A model generated the notes under the pieces. It was given only the letters and a program-made list of their open reading frames with translations. It did no database searches and was not told the origin of the DNA. Both the position numbers and the translations under genes were made by a program. DNA of 64,000 nt from the human T2T-CHM13v2.0 reference genome, Homo sapiens: NCBI RefSeq assembly GCF_009914755.1, contig NC_060925.1. One strand, written 5' to 3'. Shown piece after piece: positions 16,503 to 29,055 of this stretch (the stretch's first letter is position 1; every line of letters starts with the position of its first letter).

Positions 16503-18230
16503 TTTTTTTATCTTTCTTTTTTAAAATTATACTTTAAGTTCTGGGATACATGTGCAGAACGTGCAGGTTTGTTACATAGGTATACACGTGCTATGGTGAA
16601 ACCACCATAGCTGCACTCATCAACCCATCATCTACATTAGGTTTTTCTCTTAATGCTATCCCTCCCCTAGCCCCAAACTCCGCCGACAGGCTATGGTGTG
16701 TGATGTTTCCCTCCCTGTGTCCATGTGTTCTCATTGTACAGCTCCCACTTACGAGTGAGAACATGTGGTGTCTGGTTTTCTGTTCCGGTGTTAGTTTGCT
16801 GAGAATGATGGTTTCCAGCTTCATGCCTGTCCCTGAAAAGGACATGAACTCATCCCCTTCTGTGGCTGCATAGTATTCCATGGTGTATATGTGCCACATT
16901 TTCTTAATCCAGTCTATAATTGATGGGCATTTGGGTTGCTTCCAAGTCTTTGCTACTATGAATAGTGCTGCAATAAACATACGTGTGCATGTGTCTTTAT
17001 AGTAGAATGATTTATAATCCTTTGGGTAATGGGATTGCTGGGTCAAATGGTATTTCTGGTTCTAGATTCTTGAGGAATCACCACACTGTCTTCCACAATG
17101 GTTGAACTAATTTACACTCCCACCAACAGTGTAAAAGCGTTCCTATTTCTCCACAACCTTTCCAGCATCTGTCTTTTGTTGTTTCCTGTCTTTTTAATGA
17201 TCACCATTCTAACTGGTGTGAGATGGTATCTTATTGTAGTTTTGATTTGTGTTTCTCTAATGACCAGTGATGATGAGATTTTTTTCATGTTTTTTGGCTG
17301 CATAAATGTTTTCTTTTGAGAAGTGTGTGTTCATATCATTCGCCCACTTTTTGATGGGGTTTTCTTTTCTTTCTTGTAAATTTGTTTAAGTTCCTTGTAG
17401 ATTCTGAATATTAGCCCTTTGTCAGGTGGATAGATTGCAAAAATTTTCTCCCATTCTGTAGGTTGCCTGTTCACTCTGATGATAGTTTCTTTCTGCTGTG
17501 CAGAAGCTCTTTAGCTTAAGTAGATCCCATTTGTCAATTTTGGCTTTTGTTGCCATTGCTTTTGGTGTTTTAGTCATGAAGTCTTTGCCCATGCCTATGT
17601 TCTGAATGTCATTGCCTAGGTTTTCTTCTAGGGTTTTTATGGTTTTAGGTCTTATGTTTAATCCTTTAATCTATCTTGAGTTAATTTTTGTATAAGGTAT
17701 AAGGAAAGGGTCCAGTTTCAGTTTTCTGCATATGGCTAGCCAATTTTCCCAACACCATGTATTAAACAGGGGATTCTTTCCCCATTGCTTATTTTTGTCA
17801 GGTTTGTCAAAGATTAGATTGTTGTAGATGTGTGGCGTTATTTCTGAGGCATCTGTTCTGTTCCATTGGTCTATATGTCTGTATTGGTACCAGGACCATG
17901 CTGTTTTGGTTACTGTAGCCTTGTAGTATAGTTTGAAGTCAGGCAGCGTAATGCCTCCAGCTTTGTTCTTTTTGCTTAGGGTTGTCTTGGCTATATGAGC
18001 TCTTTTTTGGTTACATATGAAATTTAAAGTAGTTTTTTTTTTCTAATTCTGTGAAGAAAGTCAGTGGTAGCTTGATAGGGATACCATTGAATCTATATAT
18101 TACTTTGGGCAGTACCCATTTTTACGATATTGATTCTTCCTTTCCATGAGCATGGAATGTTTTTCCATTTGTTTGTGTTCTCTCTTATTTCCTTGAAGAG
18201 TGGTTTGTAGTTTTCCTTGAAGAGGTCCTT
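16503..18230 (-). mobile_element. 5'-truncated L1PA7-like element (ORF2 3' part, 3' UTR, tail)
   Basis: Minus-strand ORFs 16591-17046 and 17112-17303 are the L1 ORF2p C-terminus; 3' end ttatactttaagttctgggatacatgtgcagaacgtgcagg. Confidence 0.95.
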
Positions 18231-18395
18231 ATATAGATTTTACATTGTATTAGGTATAAGTAATATAGAGATGATTTAAAATATACTGGAGGTTGTGCAT
18301 AAGTTATATGCAAATACTATGCCATTTTATAAGACTTGAGCATCTGTGGATTTTGGTATTTGAAGCAATACCCTGTGAATACTGAAGGGTGACTG
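18231..18395 (-). mobile_element. MER2, right part, ending in a TIR followed by TA
   Basis: tttacattgtattaggta...gatgatttaaa...gttatatgcaaatacta...gagcatctgtggattttggtat...gactg|ta; continues the 16160-16312 piece. Confidence 0.8.
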
Positions 18396-19437
18396 TATAC
18401 ATTTTTCTTCATTTTCCTGGCACATAAAAGACACTGATGAAAATATACATGATGAAGAAATGAGATTTAAAATGCTTTCTATTAAGATGTATTAGAGAGA
18501 TACAACTGAAACTCATTCCACAGAGTTTATTTCTCAAGGAATTTAAATAATTTCTTTTCAATAGGCTCTGATGGACATATATTATTTTGCTCTGAAAGAA
18601 GCATTCAACATTACAATAAAGGGTTGTCCCTTACTCTGCTGAGAGAGATGTCTTCCTAGTTTCTAAATGCTAATTTCTGTCTAGAGATGATTTCTGAATA
18701 AGATAAAGTACTTAATACATGCTGGGGCAAAGCAATATGTGAAGAACTCGATTAAGTCTGAAAATAAGAATAGAGTTTTCCATTGGATTGATCTATTCTC
18801 CCAAAATGGAGAATTAAGCTGCTTGTATAATACTCATTGATAATTTGCCTATAGTTTCATAGGCATTTAACAACACAATAGGAACAATAAGACACTTATA
18901 AGATTATGTAAAATTTATATGAATGTATCCCCTCGTTAAAAAATACAGAATATAGAAGTCTATATCAAATGATGTGAAAACTTTAGTTATAGAGTAACGG
19001 GAACTAAATGATAAACAAGGTTTTAAGGAAAGGATGGCAGTGCTTCATTCCTTATATTTCTGTTAAAGGATATTTTAGTTTACTCAATGAATCTCTGTAT
19101 TCTGCTCTACTATCTGTCCTCTAGAGAAGAGTTAGTTATAAAATTGGTAACATTGGGTATATATATATTTAAAAATATAAAAAATGGTGCAAATTTAGCT
19201 CAATTGACTCAATCTTCTGTATATTTCCTGCCACATTGATGAATAGACAGACAGTGAGCTCTTTACCCCCACAGAGTAAACATAGTTGTGTCTCAGCCCA
19301 GAATCTGCCTGTCAAAACAATCTGAAAGATTGCTTCCTTCTTGTCATTTTATTTTCTGACCTGGCAAGCTTAGAAGCTGGCTGGCAGTGGGTACCACATC
19401 GTTCCCGAAGAGACTCTACAGTCCCAACTTCCCTTAC

Positions 19438-19481
19438 GTGTGGGAACCAAGTTCTGTTTTGTGTGAAAAGAAAGTGGGTAG
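19438..19481 (-). other. Candidate 44-nt micro-exon
   Basis: Minus strand: strong acceptor ctttctatttttttctgcAG and donor CAC|GTAAGG, in unique sequence. Confidence 0.2.
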
Positions 19482-20214
19482 CTGCAGAAAAAAATAGAAA
19501 GTTTAAGTTGTGTTTGTTGTCTATACTGATTTCCCCATTCCAACTTCACTAATAATAAAGCTATTACAATATTTTAGTCTTTATCTGGCTTCTTATGTCT
19601 CTTCTTATCGAACATCGTCTGAGAAACATGTCAGAATCTTGGTCTAAAGTCATGATTAGTTACTGACATTCTAAATAAAATAATTTGCAGTTACCAGATA
19701 TAGGAGATGACAGTCATAGGACATAAAGTAACTAGCATTTAAGACAAAAGACAGGGTTCCAGAAGCCATAAATATGCCAACATAAGTGAGGCAGTCTAAC
19801 ACTGGAGAAAATATATAGCTACATTTTCACAGTGATAGAAAACACACCTAGAACCAGAACCAAAATTCTAGTATGAACCCAGAGCCCAGAGCCTCTTCCG
19901 GTCTCCATTTCCCCAAGTATAACCATTTTTCTCTGACTTTAACAGACTAGATTGGTATTTTGTTTTGTTTGGTGTCTTAAAGATGCTTCTTGGAATGTGA
20001 CAATTATATGAAAATATATCTCACCCTTCTTGGGTTAAATTGATTTTGTTCAATGGATACAGATTAATTATCTTGGCTGTTTAATTTTGCAAAGCTTGCT
20101 CAGGTTCCACAGAAAAGCAAGAAAAATTTTGAATAATATGAAAACGATGTCTTCAAAACTACTAAAATACAACTAGGGGCGTATTTGCTTATAAATAATA
20201 GCATTGGATAGTAG

Positions 20215-20375
20215 AAAAAAATACTACCTTTGGAGTTCACAGACTAGAGAATGTTGTTCAAATTACTGCATCTTTGAACTTTAGTTTTACCATCCATTCC
20301 CTCAACAGATGTAATAATACAGATTATTGTGGGATTATTGTGAAGATTAAATGAGAAACCTATGTGAAAGCTCCT
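20215..20375 (+). mobile_element. MIR fragment
   Basis: ttattgtgaagattaaatgaga...tatgtgaaagc MIR core. Confidence 0.6.
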
Positions 20376-22631
20376 TGATTACTTTATTTATTCAGGGAGA
20401 TTTATTTGAACTTAAATGTTATTTGATGTTGATGACTCCCATAAAATTTGTGATACACATTAGGAGAATGATTGTAGAAAATAAGTTATGGTTTCATGTA
20501 TGAATTTGGTTGAATGTAACAATGATTTTCAAAAATTTAAAATATTCTTCACTAGAGAAAATTTTCTGATGTTAAATTACATACTGGGCATTTTCAGTAT
20601 GGTTCTCTTGGTTTCCACAGAGTATAAATTTTAAAAGAATAAATAATTCCCGGGGTTTTTTATTTCAAGCTTTGTCTTCTGAAGTTCCTTTGATGAATAT
20701 TGTATTTATAGGCTCTGATGGCAGCCAGTTTAAAATATAAGGTTTCTCTAACTGCCTCTTTCAACTGTTGCATTAGAAATGTTCAGAGAACTGGCAGCAC
20801 AAAATAGCATGATTTGCATTCAATGCAGTATCTGCACAGTCAAACTTTCAAGTCTTAATGAAAGGTCATAAAATCTTACAGTACTGACCGAATAGATTTC
20901 CTAGAACACTAAATCCCTCATGAATTCTCCTGTACCACTTTAAACACAAGTTAAAATTGCAAATCATAAATACTGAATGCTTTTTTCCTTAATGTAAGTT
21001 CACTATTATAACCTTGTCTGGCAGAGATGCTCCACTTAAAGGTCTGCAACATTTTCATTATCAGCTCCATCTCTGAGGGGTTGGTAATGCACCTGTTTCT
21101 GTTTGTAATGGGTTGAAAATGCTTATACTGTTTTTTTTCTTTAAGTCGGCTGCTAGTGTAGCTCTTTCTGGGTCCTCAAAGCAAATAAAGTTTCTTTAGT
21201 TTTCAGTTGTCTTTTCCATTACTACCCAGTTAAAAATACAATTCTGGACTGAAACGTACTTTTCTGTTAATAAGTTTTATCTAGAGTTTTATTCTTCTAA
21301 TATATTGGGTTGCTTCATTGTGTGTATATATATGTATGCATGTGCATATGTGTGTGTGTATGTGTATACATATGAACAAACAGTATTTCCTCAAAGCTTA
21401 ATATTTTTGTGGTAGAAGAGATTTTAAAAAAGACTCCCATTAAGATGCATGAAATACCTCCACAAATTAAATTCCCTACTTGAGTGGGAAGAGGAGACTT
21501 CTAGTAGTATGAAGTGTGCTTGAAGCATACAAAATAATAAAATGTTCTAAACGATATTGCATTTTCACAGAAGCAATAGCTTCACTTGTTAATGAGACTA
21601 TATAAAATACATTTTTGAATGAAGTGAAATATTAATAGGAAATCAGTTTTACTTCTGTGCTATGTTCATGTCTTTGCTAAAATGCACTTAGTCTCAGCAA
21701 TGCCTCAGGATCCCAGGCTGGGTCCTCTATCTAAGAAACCTAAACCACTACAGTTACCAAGATATTTTGAGCTCTTCATCAACCTATTGACAAATATAAC
21801 AGGAGAAAGATGCTGAATGGCCAACGAGGGGGCTCACTGGATGGCTGCATAGTCCCTGAGTTCATCTCTGAAGTATTGCATGATTGTGTAAAGATATTTG
21901 TTATCAGAGACAAAACCCATCATCCCATTTTCCATGCCTTCTTAAGTTCCTGGAAAAATTTACTAGAATAAAGAGAATAACTTTATTCTCAGAAACTTGG
22001 AAGGATTTACTGACCACCCACATTCACCCAGCCACGACAGTCAGGTAATGACCTCATCTAATACATATGAAAAGCAAACCCCAATATTATAATACATTCT
22101 TTCATCATCTCCTAATTCCACTAATTGCTGTCACCAGATAGCACACAGGTTAGGAGATTGTTTTTGATGTTACCCTGTCCAGACACTATTTCATTCTTTG
22201 ATGTTCTAAGGTTGACAATATCACAAAATAAGCCACATTTAGAAGACTTAGGGCACCACACCATATACCATATATTTGAAGTTGTGTGGATTTAATATAT
22301 TATGTAAAAAGCTTATAAAATACTGTATTCTTGATTAATTAACTCTAGGCAAATATTTTGCTAGATTTAAGAAAACAATATAAGTAGTTATTTTTGGAAA
22401 GAAACAAGTAGGATTAAATTAAATTTCATAGAAAATAAATTGATGCCTATTTTAGATAGTTTTACTTTGAGAGCAAAATGCCAAATTTCTATCAGGGTTG
22501 AGTTGTGCAAGAGCCAAAGTTTTCTGTCCAGGTGAATTTATGTCAATTATTTTTGAATATCTAATATTATTACTCTTAGGTCTCTACTATAACAGGCCTC
22601 CATGACATATGTGTTTATAATAATGTGTTAT

Positions 22632-22710
22632 ATAGGTTTGTGCAAAAGTAATTGTGTTTTTACCATTAAAAGTAATGGCAAAACCCATAATCACTTTTGC
22701 ATCAACCTAG
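22632..22710. mobile_element. MADE1 (Hsmar1-derived palindromic MITE)
   Basis: taggtttgtgcaaaagtaattg...ccattaaaagtaatgg...aatcacttttgcatcaaccta; ~80-bp inverted repeat in TA context. Confidence 0.92.
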
Positions 22711-23442
22711 TATATATATGTGTGTATACATTACATATATATATGATACACACACATACGTATGTATTTGAACTTGCCACAAAAATAAATAGCTCCTGAG
22801 CTTCCCTTGGAAGACATTCTGCAATCTAATGTCACTTGAAATCTTTTCCTTTATTTATCAAGTAACAACTTAATTATTCTTTCTATTTCTTTTACTGAAA
22901 TGCTTGAAGCTCTAATAGATTCTGTCTTATCAATTCAGACGGAATAGTAACTGTGGTACAGAGTCAGAAAAGAAGCAATTGGATTTACCAGGGGCTCTTT
23001 TAAGACCTTTATTTACACACTAGGTAAATGTGAAAGGTCCTCATTGGGTCCCTTTAGTCCTATTTCCCTCCTCTACTTCTATCACTGGGACGGTAACGTT
23101 CTGACCCTGCAATCCACTTCTCTAGCTTAGGTAACTTATTTCACTCATTTTCTCCATTACCAAGTTGTGCCAGTGCTTAATGCTGTGGTCAAGGGCATGC
23201 CTAACTGTCCTTTTCTACCTGAGTTGGAAGTGCTAGACACTTGTGATTACTCCTCCCTTCACAGTTAGGGTAATTTGCATTTTGGCTGGCTGCCCTGCCA
23301 GAGACGCAGGGCTGCTATGCTCAGCCATGAATAGAAGTTAGAGATCACTGGGCTAGTATAAAGGGCTTTCGTTCAGGAAGAAGCCTGGACCATGAATACA
23401 CATTTTTATAAGATAAGCTTGGAATCTTTTGACATTGCGAGT

Positions 23443-23469
23443 TTTTTTTTTTTTTTTGGGGGGGGGGAG

Positions 23470-23504
<35 letters not shown>
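23443..23504. repeat. Compound T-run, G-run and (TG)n microsatellite
   Basis: Direct reading. Confidence 0.9.
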
Positions 23505-23505
<1 letters not shown>

Positions 23506-24288
23506 TGTGAGTATATATGACATGCCTTACTTAGTAAGTTGTAAGTCCATTGTAGGTACGACATGTAAAAATAAGTTAGCTGATCTCAATGGCCTTTCTC
23601 TTCCCTTTACCATCTTTCTTTGGTATTGTTTGTCTCATTACGGAGATCTAGAAGCCTTCCTCTTCCTTATAGCAGTAACACTGTCTTCTTCTGCTGGGCC
23701 GTGTGTATTTTTGACTAGTAGACTTTTGTTCTAATCTTTATTTTCTGTTCACGCTGATGCTATGAAATCTGGTCTGAGGTAGGTATTCCGTAGAAAAATC
23801 TAATAAAAAAACATTTTAAAATGTGTTAATACAATAAAATTAAATATTAATACATGCTTATATATAACTTAATAGGTGTTAGCTACCAAAAACAAGGCTT
23901 AAAATGATGATATACTTAGTTGAAAGATATCACTTTTCAAAGAATAAATGGGAGAAAAAAGGGTTAATCTAATCATTCAAATCAACTAAACATCATTTAT
24001 TTCTTTACCTGTGTCATTCTGGGAGAATTTTCTTCTCTCCCTGCTAGTTCATCACTCCAACTCAAAATTGACTATTATCTTTATATGTATAGTAAATAAA
24101 ATTTAGAAAGCTATGACTTTAACTTATTCGTATGACACCTAAAATCACATTATACATTTCCTAGTGTATGCATACCATAGCTTAAGAAACTTTCTTTTAT
24201 TTATAATGTGGCCTATTGGCCCTCCAGGGAAAACAGGAAATCCAGGAAAAGGGATTTAAAAGAGGGCATTAGTTACAATCCTAACTGT

Positions 24289-24340
24289 ACACACACACAC
24301 ACACACACACACACATATGTACACACATACACACATACAC
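24289..24340. repeat. (CA)n microsatellite
   Basis: Direct reading. Confidence 0.9.
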
Positions 24341-24540
24341 CACGCAATTATATATATCAATTAAAGGAGAAAACTAAAGATTAACAGTTAAAAAATCTGT
24401 TTATAAATTAGAAAAATATCATCAGACTGTAAAGAAAGGAGAAGAAATCAGTACAGAGTAGCATCACAGAGTTAAGTTAGCAGAATGTTCTAAGGTAGTT
24501 ATAATCAACAGTTCCAAGAGACACTTAAAAATGAATGGCA

Positions 24541-25866
24541 TATTTCACTTCACACAATGTCCTCCAGGTTCATCCATATTGTTGCAAATAACAAGATTTC
24601 CTTCTTTTTTAAGGCTTAATAGTATTCCATTGTGCATACAGACCTCATTTTTTACTCCATTCATCTGTTGATGGCTGTATCTTGGCTCTTGAGAATAATG
24701 CAGCAATGAACATGGGAGTGCAGGTATGTCTTCAACATGCTGATTTTATCTCCTTTGGATAAATATCTAGAAGTGAGATTTCTGGATCATACAATAGGTT
24801 AATTTTTACTTTTTTTTGAAACTTTTTTTATAATGTTTGTACTAATTTGCATTCTCACCAATAGAGTGCAAGCATTCTCTGTTTTCCACATTCTCTTCAA
24901 CCTTTGTTATCTTTTTTCTTTTTAGTAATAGCCATTCTAACAGGTGCAAAGTGATATCTCCTTGTGATTTTAATTTGCATGTCTTTGATGATTGGTAATC
25001 ATGCGCATGTTAAAAATATAACTGTTGGCTCCTTGTGTGTCTTCTTTCGAGAAATATCTATTCAGGTTCTTTGCCCATCTTTTAATCAGGCTATTTATTT
25101 TCTTACAATTGAGTTGTTTCAATTCCTTATATATTTTTGACATTAACCCCTTATTAGATATATAGTTTGCAAATATTTTCTCCCATAATGTAGGTTGTCT
25201 CTTCACTCTGCTAATTGTTTCCTTGGCTATCCAGAACCTTTTTAGTTTGATGTAGTCTACCTTGTCTATCTTTGTTTTTGCTGCTTGTGCTTTAGTGGGT
25301 TCATATCCAAAAAATTATTACCCAAATCAATGCTATAGAACTTTTTCTTTATGTTTTCTTCTAGAAGTTTTACTGTTTCAGGTCTTATATTTAATATGTG
25401 CTAAATGATCACTTTACTATATATTATTTCATTTATATTATGCTACATGAACTTAGCCAGGCATAAAAAGATTACAAAACTCATGATCTCACTTATATGT
25501 GGAATTTTAAAACATTTTACTCATAGTAGAGAGTAGAATGGTGGCTAGCAGGGGCTGGAGGGAGGGGAGGGGGATTAAAGAGATTTTGGTCAAAGGATAT
25601 AAAATTTTAGTTAGGAAAAATAAGTTCAAGAGATCTATTGCGCAACACAGTGCTATAGTTTAATAAAAAATCTATTGTATCCTTGAAAATTGCTGAGTAG
25701 ATACTAAGTGTCCTCATCATAAAAACTGGTAATATGTAAAGTAATGCATGTTAATTATCTTGGTTTAGCCATTCTGCAATGTATATGTATTTCAAAACAA
25801 CATATTGTGCATTATAAATACATATCACTTTTATTTATTTGTAAATTAAATAGATAAATGAATTTT
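24541..25866 (+). mobile_element. L1MA7/8-like element with 5' inversion (24541-25394 inverted; 25455-25866 sense 3' end)
   Basis: Minus ORF 24970-25206 is an L1 ORF2p piece; sense part is an L1MA 3' UTR; TSD AAAAATGAAT(G/A)GCA at 24527-24540 and 25867-25880. Confidence 0.88.
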
Positions 25867-26269
25867 AAAAATGAATAGCAGCATTTTGTAGTGTTTAATA
25901 TTATGGACTTTGACTTCAAACTAACATAGGCAGGTAAAGGATTATGAGACTGGAGAAGTGAACTACTGATCTGGTGATGAATTGATCATTGGCAATCCTT
26001 CAAAGCCTAGCATAAAGGGGAATAATGTACTAGTGGACCCTGGGTTAAAGTAGGCAAGAGTTGTATGCCACTTTACTAATAATAAAAGAGGAGGATAACA
26101 GAAGTTTAGATCACTACCATTTTCAAGGATACATGCATTTTTGAAGATGCGATTTCAAGGGTCTGCCCAAAGTATGTTTTACTGATGGACTTCTACACTG
26201 TCAGTTTTCAAATTTCATTTCATGGGCAACTTCCAAGTTATTATCGTGTTCGTTATCATTAATTCCTAT

Positions 26270-26426
26270 CAGTGTGCAACTGGATCACATGGAGAACTTG
26301 TTAAAACTTAGATTGCTGTAATCCACCCATAAAGTTTATTATTCTGAAAATGTGAGGTTAGTCTGAGAATTTGCTTTACTACCAAGTTCCTAAGTCATGC
26401 TGCTTTGGGTACACGGACTGCACTTT
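26270..26426. mobile_element. MER5A (hAT-Charlie)
   Basis: atcacatggagaacttgttaaaa...ctgagaatttgc...caagttcc...atgctgct. Confidence 0.65.
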
Positions 26427-27158
26427 ATATATATCCAAAGACGCTATTATAAAGGGGCACTTATTTTTTGTCCATTGCCCTAGGTAAAGCTACAGATCAT
26501 CTCAAATTCAGTTCAAGTGAGAACAAAACGGGAGAACAGGATCATTCAAATTATTATGCTGATGGAATGGACTGAAAATAAATACCATCTCACCTAACAC
26601 TGAAATATAACTGACCATGCTGTGATAGGTATTGCATAATCGTTCATTTTTATGGGAAAAACTGCTGACCTGGACAATATACTTTTGCCAGATCCCACTG
26701 CTGAGGATTTTTTTCTAAGTACATAGATTTTGAAGCTCGTGATTGCTCATAATTTTCCCCTCTATATTTATTTGTAAAGATAGCAACTGGATTTTTAATA
26801 AAGAACAATCAAAATATATGAATGGATTTTTGGCCATTTTCTGAAACTTAGAAAAAGAGTTCATACATAAATAAGTGTTGTTGATATATTACATTAGTGA
26901 TTCACTATGCCCTTTGTTTATATCAGAGTTTTTATTCTATGTATCTTGAATCAGGATTTATTCACATGTAATTGTTTTAAAACTTTAATGACATAAAATA
27001 AGAGATATTTTATGAAAAAAGAATCAGATTTTTTTATTTTGCAATTAATTTGGCTTTTTGTGTTAAACATGATTAGTGGAATATTTCAAGAAATAATGCA
27101 TTTTTGATGGTTAAGGAGTAAATTATAGAGTTTCTGGGGGAAAACCACCTCCATCGCA

Positions 27159-27311
27159 CACATTTGACCATTGAACAACACAGGTTTGAGCTGCATGAGT
27201 CCACTTACATGCAGATTTTTTTCAACCCTTAACAGGGATCAAAAATACAATATTCATGGAATGCCATGGCCCTGGAACTAGTCCCCGTCTGCGTATACTG
27301 AGGGGCAACTT
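27159..27311. mobile_element. MER8/Tigger2-type MITE, internally deleted
   Basis: ttgaacaacacaggtttgagctgcatgagtccacttacatgcagatttttttc...tatactgaggggcaact. Confidence 0.7.
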
Positions 27312-27423
27312 TATTCTGACATGTTTACAACTTTTGGACCATTTGAATTGATAGATCTTCAAACGAGCAGGCAGAATAGAAAGAAAAGATAGCACAAGAA
27401 GTAAACATCGGGAAGTACTATGA

Positions 27424-27676
<253 letters not shown>

Positions 27677-28319
27677 TGGATGTGTATTTTATTGATCTTA
27701 CTTATATGTTACATATGTTATAATGTTTTAGTATATATTCAATATTTAATTAAAAAAAGAATAAAATTAACAAGTCTTCTGCTTTCTTAAGTGGTAAGGC
27801 ATATCCCAAGGCAGCCAATATTTTTAGACATGAAAGATTTGAAGATTTGAATCCCCTTAAGGCCCTTTCCTAACCATACATAATAAGTTCATTTTATGTT
27901 TTGAACTCACTAGTTGACTTTGGGTAAATCATTTGCTTCATAGTTGCTTCCTTTTCTTTGTCTGTAAAATAAAGGTTTGTATTAGATGATCTTTACATTC
28001 CTCACAATAATAACATAGTTTGTTTTTCTGATATTAGTGATTCTGAACTTGTATAGCTGTCATAAAGAGAAGCTGAAGAATTGGACAACAGCATTATGAA
28101 AATAAATTTTGAATGTTTTTGAATGTTATTAAGACAAGTTCTTACTTTTCTATCTTTAGATTCCAATCACTGGAATGTTTTCAGGCATCATATTTTTCCT
28201 ATCGCATTTTTGTTTTTATGCTTATGTAGTAAGCTTTTCTAAAACATGATAGCTTTTTGAAAAGCAGAAAGGAAACTACACAATCTATGCATGTAATAGA
28301 ATTGCATTCGTATCCCATA

Positions 28320-28623
28320 ATTTTTTGGTATATGTGTTTTTGAGACAGGGTCTCACTCTGTCACCAAAGCTGGAGTGAAGTGGTGTGAATCGTGAGTCAC
28401 TGAAGCCTCGACTTCCCTGGCTCAAGTGATCCTTTGCCTCAGCCTCCCAGGTAGCTGAGACCACACATGTGCACCACCAGGGGTGGCTAATTTTTTAATT
28501 TGCCGTTGAGGGAGAGTCTCACTCTGTTGCCCAGGCTGGTGTTGAACTCCAGGGCTCAAGTGATCCTCTCGCCTTGGCCTCCGAAAGCACTGCGATTACA
28601 GGCATGAGCTGCCACTCCTGGCT
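28320..28623 (-). mobile_element. AluJ
   Basis: gagacagggtctcactctgtcacc...ggctcaagtgatcc AluJ diagnostics. Confidence 0.9.
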
Positions 28624-28759
28624 TCATTAATTTACAAACAACAAAAGAAAAAAACTTATCTATTCAGGAAACAAGACATTACATCAAATTATCTAACTGT
28701 TCTTCACATTCCCCTATAAACTAGGAACTAGGAAACTGTTAACAATAAATTGTATTTGA

Positions 28760-29055
<296 letters not shown>

